In this document: piece after piece, positions 1 to 7,443 of the stretch
Layout: each line of letters starts with the position of its first letter
Numbering within the stretch: the stretch's first letter is position 1
Assembly: GCA_016839515.1 (NCBI GenBank)
Contig: JAEOUE010000130.1
Coordinates: 1-15,072 of the forward strand
DNA length: 15,072 bases
Direction: 5' to 3'
Source of the DNA: Candidatus Hodarchaeum mangrovi
GTDB taxonomy: Archaea > Asgardarchaeota > Heimdallarchaeia > Hodarchaeales > Hodarchaeaceae
Notes under the pieces: generated by a model
Told to the model about the DNA's origin: nothing
The model's database searches: none
Seen by the model: only the letters and a program-made list of their open reading frames with translations
Made by a program: the position numbers and the translations under genes

Positions 1-384
1 ACTCGGATTAGCCGGCTCACGCTTTCGCGCATTGGCCAGTTTTCGCGCCTGCTGCACCCCATAGGGCCTGGCCCGTTGTCTCAGTGGCCATCTCCGGGCT
101 ACCACTCTCATGGCCCGTACCGATCGTCGCCTTGGTGGTCCAAGACACCGCCAACAAGCATAATCGGACGCAGGCTCATCCTGTGGCGTTTCCTTTGGAT
201 GTGTAGCCATTCCAGGAAAACACATTTATCAGGGTTTAGGCCCAGTTTCCCGGGGGTATCCCTGACCACAAGGTAGATTACCTACGTGTTACGGAGCAGT
301 TCGCCAGGCGAGACAAGCCCGCCTTGACTTGCATGACTTAATCCTAATCCGATAGCAGTGGGCTCCGTCAGGATCAAACGGAGT
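1..384 (-). rRNA. rrs: 16S rRNA, archaeal, 5' portion (runs off the left edge of the window)
   Basis: Reverse complement begins ACTCCGTTTGATCCTGACGGAGCCCACTGCTATCGGATTAGGATTAAGTCATGCAAGTC (archaeal SSU 5' end). It also contains CCCTATGGGGTGCAGCAGGCGCGAAAACT, the conserved archaeal ~340-370 region. Confidence 0.98.
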
Positions 385-860
385 TACACGGAAGTTTGTT
401 CTTTCTTTGAGAACAGGAATTATTTGCTACCTACTTTGGTGTAGGTTGCGGAAGTTTTTTCGAACCTTCTTTCCTGAAGATTGAATTGTTCCTTCATCAA
501 TTTGGATTGGACTTGTATGTTTCTCATTACGCTTCTGATCTTTTGTCTCTACGCTGTTTGGACGTCGGTCGAGTGGTTGATCATCTAAAAGAGTCTATCT
601 GTTTCCAGATTCCTGTCGCCAGGACGACCTCACCGTTGCCCAGTCCGATTTTCACCGCACTGCCCAGATTGTTTCTTTTTTTACTGGGGATTCCAGCTAC
701 GCTTGACCCACGTTTTAGGGATAACGTTTCCTAACCGCTGGTTGGCTGTGAGCCGTGTGCTGTCGCACAGGATTTAATTAATTAGTTCACCAGTCGTTTG
801 CTCACCCACACGCTGGTGGTTTAATCATTAGCGGGCCTCAGAAAGGGTCTTCTAAGCCCG
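385..860 (-). other. pre-rRNA 5' leader (external transcribed spacer), long and structured
   Basis: Lies between the TATA box (882-890) and the mature 16S 5' end. It is more GC-rich than 900-1400 and has many hairpins (832-860, 788-818, 753-771, 715-734, 641-662, 597-610, 429-446, 397-415). Confidence 0.7.
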
Positions 861-881
861 TATTTAGCTTATCTCAATCGC

Positions 882-899
882 TTATATAAATCTTACCTC
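882..899 (-). promoter_or_regulatory. archaeal BRE/TATA promoter of the rRNA transcription unit
   Basis: Minus strand reads GAGGTAAGA-TTTATATAA. About 31 nt from the first T is a C-G step (860/859) that starts a GC-rich hairpin, a plausible transcription start. Confidence 0.75.
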
Positions 900-1418
900 T
901 CGAACTTTTCACCTTATTTGGTTATTTGTTCGTTTTGTTTTTCTACGAGGGTTTTTTTTCGAATGAGCGCTTACCCTTTTTTTTGGGGGCAAACCTAGCT
1001 GCATCTTGAATGCCTTTTAAATTTTCATGAGTTGGTAGAGCTGGGTATTTTGTGTAATATCAATATTTTTGCTTTTCCTTCGTAAGGTCATTTTACTTTT
1101 TTCTCATAGCTTCGTATTTCTATCTTCAATACTTTTTCTGCGACTTTTTTTTGATTGCGTAACAGGCTTCAAGGTACTGGTAGGATTCTCTTTTTTTTAT
1201 TCCTCATTTCCCAAATGGTTTTTCAGTGCTTTCTTGTGACTAATCTCTCTTTTTGTCCTTTTTTTCTTCTTTTAGTCTTTTGATGTAATAATTTACTGTT
1301 CTAGATGAGACTCCTTCTTTCATTTCTATGGGGGGTGCTTTTTTGCGAAATTATGAGAAATAACTTGAAAAGATTTGGGCGAATAGTATTCCTTGGATAA
1401 GTGATATTGTCTTAATGA

Positions 1419-2405
1419 ATGTTTGGTGATAATTTGAACTCTTTTGATGTTATTGTGGTGGGTGGTGGTCCTGCAGGGTTATCCGCTGGTATTGTCGCCT
1501 CTATCAAGGGTTTGAAGACTGCAGTTTTTGAAGGGGGTAGTTGGGGTGGTTTATTAAGTACTATTTATCCCTATAAGAAAATTTACAATTATCCTGGAAC
1601 CCCTCGTATTCGTGCTGATCATCTTGTCTCCGAATGGGTTCGACAAGCTGCTGATCATGGTGTTTTGCTTATTAAAGAACGAATTGTTAGAATTCTCTCT
1701 AATTTACAGGTTGAGACTATTGACGGGCTTTCCTATTCTTCCAAAGCTATTATTATTGCGACTGGGATGACGCCTAATGAGCTTGGTGTTCCTGGTGAGA
1801 CTAAATTTTCCAAGAAGGATCGAGGGGTTTATCCTTATGTTACGGAACCTCGGATTTTTCGTGATGAGAATGTTCTTGTAGTTGGGGGTGGTGATACTGC
1901 TATTGATGCAGTTCTTGATCTTCAAAATATTGCCAAATCCATTTATTTGGTCCATCGTAAAGCGGAATTCCGTGCTTCCGAGACGAATCTGGCCAAGGTT
2001 AAATCAGAAAATATGGCTACTATTCTAACCAATATAAATCTTGTTGAAATTGGCGGGGGACAACGGGTTGAGTTTGCTATTCTTGAGGATGTAGTGACTC
2101 ATGAGCTTCGTCGGCTAGATGTCAGTAAAATTATCCTTGCTGTTGGGTTACGACCCAATACTGAGATTTTTTCCGATTTAGGGTTATCTTTTCGAGGTAA
2201 ATTTTTACAAGTTGATGATTTAATGCGTACTAATGTGGAGGGAATTTTTGCTGCTGGTGATATTGTTACTCCCTATCAATTAGCTGCAGTGGCTGCTGCT
2301 CAAGGAGCGTTAGCCGCCCATGGTGCCCATTTATTTATTAAAGATCCTTATTGGAAACAGGAACATCTTTCTGGTGAGGTTGAACCTTCTCGGCAAATCA
2401 TTTAA
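1419..2405 (+). CDS. TrxR-fold NAD(P)/FAD oxidoreductase, ferredoxin-NADP+ reductase (YumC-like) type
   Basis: FAD motif GGGPAG, YumC-like GGLLSTIYPYKKIY, NADPH motifs GGGDTA and HRKAEFRA, and TNVEGIFAAGD. The CxxC position reads YPYVTE and the protein contains no Cys. Confidence 0.88.
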   Translation: MFGDNLNSFDVIVVGGGPAGLSAGIVASIKGLKTAVFEGGSWGGLLSTIYPYKKIYNYPGTPRIRADHLVSEWVRQAADHGVLLIKERIVRILSNLQVETIDGLSYSSKAIIIATGMTPNELGVPGETKFSKKDRGVYPYVTEPRIFRDENVLVVGGGDTAIDAVLDLQNIAKSIYLVHRKAEFRASETNLAKVKSENMATILTNINLVEIGGGQRVEFAILEDVVTHELRRLDVSKIILAVGLRPNTEIFSDLGLSFRGKFLQVDDLMRTNVEGIFAAGDIVTPYQLAAVAAAQGALAAHGAHLFIKDPYWKQEHLSGEVEPSRQII

Positions 2406-2419
2406 TGGCTTTTTTTCCT
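2310..2419 (+). repeat. copy 1 of the repeated FNR 3' end (within the gene, plus stop and T-tract)
   Basis: By manual alignment 2311-2410 matches 6501-6600 at 92/100, and 2341-2400 matches 6531-6590 at 59/60. Confidence 0.97.
2410..2416 (+). terminator. oligo-T archaeal terminator
   Basis: T7 run 5 nt after the FNR stop codon. Confidence 0.5.
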
Positions 2420-2543
2420 CACAATATTATTTGAGTCATTGTTTTATAACCTTATAATTTTCATGAATTAGAATATAAATTAACGACCCAAAAAAATAGA
2501 ATAAAGATGGTTTAAATTCACATAATTCGAGTTGTGTAGCTAA

Positions 2544-3455
2544 ATGGATGGATTAGATCGACAAATCCTATTAGATCTTAGTGATAATTGTCGTGTTACG
2601 TATCAAGGAATGGCCCAAAAGCATAATGTTTCCGCTAATGCGATAAAAAAGCGTGTGATGAAATTACTGTCATTAGGTGTAATTGAAGGTTTTTTTGTTG
2701 AGTTAACTTACGCTATGATTGATGCAGAACCTTGCATGGCCATTGTGACAACTGATGGTACTGAAGATGAAAGTTTTATTGAAACGATAGGTAATAACCC
2801 TCTTGCTGGACCTATTGGAAAATTGACAGGGAGTATGTACAATATAATTGGTGTTTATCAAGGAAGTTCATCGTTAGCAGAATTAGGTTCTTCAATTAGG
2901 AATATACCTTGTGTTATCAATGTTGAACTACACCCCTTAATATTATTTAAAGGCAATAAAATAGATTTCTCTGTTACTGAGAAAAAAGTTCTCCAATATT
3001 TGGTATCAGATCCAAGAATGGCTATTAGTGAGGTTGCTAAAAAGTCTGGTCTTACCTCTAGAACGGTGCGTAATACTATTAATGAACTTATTAGTGGGAG
3101 CGGTGTTCATTTTGGTATACACATGAATCCTTCTGCAGGAACTGGGATAACAGTAATGATTAGAATCCATTGGGAAGAAAAGGCGATAAATGTAGGAGAA
3201 GTACTCACTTACCTTTCTAAAACTTTCCCTGAGGAGTTTTTTGTTCCTCTTCTGTCAGCAACAAATCCATTAGTGTTTGCCATCTTTTTAACTTCTGATT
3301 TAAGAAGAATACAGGAAATTAATCAAATCCTAAGACAAAAAACCGAATTCACAACAATCATAACTTATTTAGGAGAACCTGCACGTCTATTTCCTGATCT
3401 AAAACAACTTAGACTCAAAGAAATACTTTCTGAGGCTGGATTTCCAGCTAAATAA
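2544..3455 (+). CDS. Lrp/AsnC-family transcriptional regulator with two tandem wHTH units
   Basis: Two AsnC-type HTHs: DGLDRQILLDLSDNCRVTYQGMAQKHNVSANAIKKRVMKL and EKKVLQYLVSDPRMAISEVAKKSGLTSRTVRNTINEL. Each is followed by a RAM-sized domain. Confidence 0.9.
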   Translation: MDGLDRQILLDLSDNCRVTYQGMAQKHNVSANAIKKRVMKLLSLGVIEGFFVELTYAMIDAEPCMAIVTTDGTEDESFIETIGNNPLAGPIGKLTGSMYNIIGVYQGSSSLAELGSSIRNIPCVINVELHPLILFKGNKIDFSVTEKKVLQYLVSDPRMAISEVAKKSGLTSRTVRNTINELISGSGVHFGIHMNPSAGTGITVMIRIHWEEKAINVGEVLTYLSKTFPEEFFVPLLSATNPLVFAIFLTSDLRRIQEINQILRQKTEFTTIITYLGEPARLFPDLKQLRLKEILSEAGFPAK

Positions 3456-3830
3456 TATGAACCTTTTAGTTCGAAAATGTGCCTCAAATTCAGCTTATGA
3501 AGTTCAGTTTTCAGCTAACAAAAAATCAGCTAATAATGCATTCAAGCAAGTGAAAAATTGTTCCAACCATTGCGTAATTTGTACACTAGAAGTGTAACAT
3601 TTAGTTGCCTTTTTTAGATTCCAACTGTATATAGAACTTTTCTCTTTAAATTTTGGCAGATTTCTTTTCGATAATTTTAGCTCAAAATTGTCCTCAATAT
3701 TTCACTTTTTTGCACTAAAAGCGGATGAATACGTCCCAATTCTGAACATGCCTACTCCCAATACTATTAATTAGTAAAAAAGAATGATTTAGACGGTTGT
3801 AAAACCAAAGAATTAAAGAATTGATAAAAA

Positions 3831-4034
3831 ATGAGTGAAAAAGCAAATTGGTCTAAAATCCAGAATTATGTTTTGTTAGCACTTCCGCTGGCAATGGGAG
3901 TCTCAACAATCGTTTTAGCAATAGTATCCGCAGTACAAGGTACCCCACAACCAGATATGAGCTTAGTATTGGGATTAGGAATTTCTTGTTTAGCGATTTA
4001 TGGTTTAGATAAAGAAATAGATACCGAATCCTAA
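3831..4034 (+). CDS. small two-TM membrane protein, hypothetical
   Basis: ATG start, two hydrophobic segments (YVLLALPLAMGVSTIVLAIVSAV and MSLVLGLGISCLAIYGL), followed by a T-tract. Confidence 0.75.
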   Translation: MSEKANWSKIQNYVLLALPLAMGVSTIVLAIVSAVQGTPQPDMSLVLGLGISCLAIYGLDKEIDTES

Positions 4035-4094
4035 ACTAGGTTTTTTATCAGTTTTAAAGTGCAGTGACAATCAAAAACAAGGATTAAAAATGAA

Positions 4095-4502
4095 ATGGAC
4101 ATAATAAATCTTCAAGATCACTACTCTAAACTTAAAAAAGATCTCAATCAGTTTCAAAATGCATCAGGATCTCCAGATGAACTAACAAGGATGTTATTTT
4201 ATTCTGATTGGATTAGAATATTTTTTACAGGAAATACCTCAACGAAACAGATTTCTATTCAAGTTGAAGTCATAACTGCAAAGATCCCAACCCTGAAAGA
4301 TAATACCAAAATGCATCTTGTATTGGAAACACATATACATCATCTACACTACCTTTTACATCTTTTTGATAAAGGATTCACCCTTGATTTTATAGTTGAA
4401 GAAGGAATATGGTTTGCTGTAAAAAATATTTCAATCGAACCATCTCAACAACTTATGGAAGAGTTATTTCATTCTGAATATCAAGTCTTTAAGTGTGGTT
4501 AA
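4095..4502 (+). CDS. hypothetical protein
   Basis: 135-aa ORF with ATG start, co-oriented with and closely spaced to the ABC genes. No recognisable motif. Confidence 0.75.
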   Translation: MDIINLQDHYSKLKKDLNQFQNASGSPDELTRMLFYSDWIRIFFTGNTSTKQISIQVEVITAKIPTLKDNTKMHLVLETHIHHLHYLLHLFDKGFTLDFIVEEGIWFAVKNISIEPSQQLMEELFHSEYQVFKCG

Positions 4503-4548
4503 TTCAAATGATAGAAAAATAATGGATTGAAAAATGGAGATAATTTAA

Positions 4549-5289
4549 TTGAAGCAAAATGGAATAAAAGTAACTAATCTAGTTAAAAAATTTGGTGATT
4601 TACTAGCAGTAGATGATTTGAGTTTTGAAGTTAAATCAGGTGAGTTGTTTGGTTTGTTGGGACCAAATGGGGCTGGTAAATCTACTACGATCAATATTAT
4701 GACTGGGTTATTACACCAAACATCAGGTACAGCAATAATTGGAGGGTATGATGTTAGGAGTAATCCCCAGAAAATTCGGGAAATGATCGGTGTTTGTCCT
4801 CAAGAACCTGCATTTTATCCATATCTTACTGGTCGTGAAAATGTAGAGTTTTTTGGTAATCTTCATGGGATGCCAAAAGATTTATTGAAACAACGGACTG
4901 ACAAATTATTAGAATTGGTAGGTTTAGTTGAAGGTGCAACCCGGCAAGCTGGGAAATATAGTGGAGGGATGATTCGAAGGATAAGCTTGGTTATGGCTCT
5001 TATTAATGATCCTGAAATCGCATTCTTAGATGAACCAACTGTTGCCATGGATGTACAATCAAGAAGAGCTACTTGGGAATTTATTAAGGAATTAAAAAGT
5101 CAAGGAAAAACTGTTATATTAACAACCCATTACATTGAAGAAGCAGAATCACTTTGTGATAGGGTGGGTATAATTGATCATGGAACCTTGATTGCTCTTG
5201 ATACCCCACAAGCTTTAATGCAAGAATATGAAGCAAAGGACTTAGAAGAGGTCTTTATCAAAATTACGGGGCGAAAAATCAGAGAATAG
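4549..5289 (+). CDS. ABC exporter ATP-binding subunit (DrrA/NodI-like)
   Basis: Walker A GPNGAGKST, Q-loop, signature YSGGM, Walker B FLDEPT, H-loop TTHYIEEAE. TTG start with GGAG upstream. Confidence 0.95.
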   Translation: MKQNGIKVTNLVKKFGDLLAVDDLSFEVKSGELFGLLGPNGAGKSTTINIMTGLLHQTSGTAIIGGYDVRSNPQKIREMIGVCPQEPAFYPYLTGRENVEFFGNLHGMPKDLLKQRTDKLLELVGLVEGATRQAGKYSGGMIRRISLVMALINDPEIAFLDEPTVAMDVQSRRATWEFIKELKSQGKTVILTTHYIEEAESLCDRVGIIDHGTLIALDTPQALMQEYEAKDLEEVFIKITGRKIRE

Positions 5290-6443
5290 TGGTGAAAAAG
5301 ATGAAAATACAAAGAATTAATGCAATTGTTAAAAAAGATATGAAGAAACTCATAAGGGTTCCTGCGACTCTCTTTATGGCCCTTTTATTTCCACTTATAT
5401 TAACGGGTGCATTTGGATTCGCATTTGGAGGAGGAAGTGGCGTTGGAGATACTGTATACACCATTGGTATTGTTGATTTAGATAACTCGACATGGTCAAA
5501 TTTATTTATAGGAAACCTTTCTACAAGTGAAGTACTCATTAATATGCTTTATGATTCAAATAACACTGCTCAAGTTGATTTATCACAAGGAAAAATAGAT
5601 GCAATTATTATAATTCCCGATAATTTTGGAATTAGTCTGGATTCTTATTGGTTAAACCCATTAAATGCTAGTACATGGGAAAATTCTACCATCGGAGTGT
5701 TTGTTGATCAAGGGTCTCTGATAGTAAGTAATGCATTACCCCCATTGATTCAACGAATCCTTTTGATAACCCTGTATGGTGAACAGGCATTGACTGTTGC
5801 TCAACCTGTAACATTAGATAACCCATTAGGAGTTCAATCTTCACATAACACCCAGTTTGATTTTATGGCTCCAGGGATGTTTGCCTTTGCAGCTATCTTT
5901 CTAATCTTAATTGTCGCAGAAGGATTTACTGAGGAACGCACTGCTGGGATTCTAAGACGAATTCAATTAACCCCAACAACCTCAGCGGAGGTTATCACTG
6001 GTAGTACTATTGCTTATATGCTAACAGGGATAATCCAGATTTCTATTGTGTTCTTAGCTGCTGGGTTTATGGGATTTAATATCGGAACAGATCCAATTAG
6101 AATATTTTTCGCTTTTCTTATAGTATTATTACTAGTATTATGCAATGTAGGATTTGGATTAATTGCAGCAACATTGGCAAAAACCCCAGGAGCAACAACG
6201 GGAATTAGTTTCATATTCATTCTCCCTCAAATGTTTTTTGGAACGTTTGTACCGATATCTAGTGAGTTAATAAAACTAGTTCCAAGCTATTATGTTACAG
6301 ACGCCATAACCTCGATTTTTCTTCGAGGAGCAGAAATAACCAGTGAAATAGTCATTTTTGATTTCTTTGTTATGTTTGGTTATTGTATAGTCGTTGTTAT
6401 CGCTGGAATATTTATTTTTGCTAAATTCGGACGAGAAAAATAA
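5289..6443 (+). CDS. ABC-2 type exporter permease (true start may be 5292 or 5301)
   Basis: N-terminal TM, large extracytoplasmic loop, five C-terminal TMs, and the ABC-2 motif EERTAGILRRIQLTP. Abuts the ATPase stop. Confidence 0.92.
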   Translation: MVKKMKIQRINAIVKKDMKKLIRVPATLFMALLFPLILTGAFGFAFGGGSGVGDTVYTIGIVDLDNSTWSNLFIGNLSTSEVLINMLYDSNNTAQVDLSQGKIDAIIIIPDNFGISLDSYWLNPLNASTWENSTIGVFVDQGSLIVSNALPPLIQRILLITLYGEQALTVAQPVTLDNPLGVQSSHNTQFDFMAPGMFAFAAIFLILIVAEGFTEERTAGILRRIQLTPTTSAEVITGSTIAYMLTGIIQISIVFLAAGFMGFNIGTDPIRIFFAFLIVLLLVLCNVGFGLIAATLAKTPGATTGISFIFILPQMFFGTFVPISSELIKLVPSYYVTDAITSIFLRGAEITSEIVIFDFFVMFGYCIVVVIAGIFIFAKFGREK

Positions 6444-6452
6444 TTTTTCTCA

Positions 6453-6608
6453 TTTTTTTCTTTCTTCGTCTTATTGCTTAAATAATTATTACACCTAATT
6501 TAGCTGCCCTTGGTACTCACTTATTTATTTAAGATCCTTATTGGAAACAGGAACATCTTTCTGGTGAGGTTGAACCCTCTCGGCAAATCATTTAATGACT
6601 TTTTTCCT
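6453..6608 (+). repeat. copy 2: 48-nt AT-rich arm plus FNR 3'-end copy (attR-like)
   Basis: 6501-6600 matches gene 2311-2410 (8 mismatches, including AAA->TAA). 6453-6574 matches 12555-12676 (7 mismatches in 122). Confidence 0.97.
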
Positions 6609-6920
6609 TTATTCAGAATACTGTATAATCTACGTTAAATGACATTAAGGGGAAAAAAATTCCCACAAATAACAACGAATAACAGCGAGACATCAGACCT
6701 AAAATTCTTCTATAAATGATCTTATCTAAAATTGATTTGACCAACATTCAAATTAATATTCGTATTGAAGAATATTGTAGAATCAGTTTCTGGAAGGATT
6801 TCGCCATTTAACTGGTTTATGATTTTTTCACCAGAACCAGAAATAAGTTCAGAGGCATATGTGGGATTAAAGTCGAAAACAGTTTTTCATTGGCTATATG
6901 AATGAGTTCAAGAATATTTT

Positions 6921-6973
6921 TTTACCAAAAATAGTAAACTTTATATAATAGTTTACCAAAGATTGTAAACTAT
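6921..6973 (+). promoter_or_regulatory. TATA promoter flanked by two palindromic operators; probably leaderless
   Basis: TTTAC-N8-GTAAA (6921-6938), TTTATATA (6940-6947), and the perfect palindrome ATAGTTTAC-N8-GTAAACTAT (6948-6973) overlapping the ATG at 6972. Confidence 0.85.
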
Positions 6974-7439
6974 GTTTGCATATCCTCGTAAAGTGAAATA
7001 CCCCTCTAAAACACAAATCGATTTCTGGTCCCTTAACCGGAATCAATTCTCGGGAAGGGAAATTGCGGCAAAGAAAGATGTTACCCCTGGAATGGTCAGT
7101 AAAACGCTTTCTGAGGCTAATAACCGTGTTAAAGCATTGTTACAGAACGCAGCACGTATGAACAAGATCACTCTCAAAGTTATTAGTCCAGAGCTTGGGT
7201 ATGCACGCGGAACCAGTCATATATTTAACGTGAATGCCTATATCACGTTTTCCCCTGATAATGGTGTGCAAGTGTGGTACGATCATAAAGGAAGTTGTGT
7301 TCAATGTGAAAAATTTGCCTTCTGTCGCGATATTATTCTTCAGGAGTTTAAAGAAAGGAATATAGAGGTTGAAAATCCAAGTTTACGACCAACAGATTTA
7401 ATAGAGATATTACTCAATACTTTAGAGGAGATGCTTTAA
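6972..7439 (+). CDS. HTH transcriptional regulator with C-terminal Cys cluster
   Basis: HTH SGREIAAKKDVTPGMVSKTLSEA and C-terminal H-x3-CxxC-x5-C (HKGSCVQCEKFAFC). Confidence 0.8.
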   Translation: MFAYPRKVKYPSKTQIDFWSLNRNQFSGREIAAKKDVTPGMVSKTLSEANNRVKALLQNAARMNKITLKVISPELGYARGTSHIFNVNAYITFSPDNGVQVWYDHKGSCVQCEKFAFCRDIILQEFKERNIEVENPSLRPTDLIEILLNTLEEML

Positions 7440-7443
7440 AAAT

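Noticed and set aside
76-734. ORFs 76-276 and 486-734 (+)
   Set aside because: They are antisense to the 16S rRNA and its leader and have no protein features.
750-775. GAGCCGTGTGC resembling group II intron domain V, and GTGCG on the opposite strand resembling an intron 5' end
   Set aside because: The 3' half of domain V (ACGGTTC), domain VI and an RT are all missing. A simple leader hairpin explains it.
3489-3535. Three TCAGCT motifs in the intergenic region
   Set aside because: Irregular spacing, short length, and no link to a clear promoter.
6720-6890. Minus-strand open stretch of ~55 codons (KTVFDFNPTYASELISGSGEK...)
   Set aside because: It has no in-frame start and no recognisable family. 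It could be a remnant, but this cannot be supported without a search.
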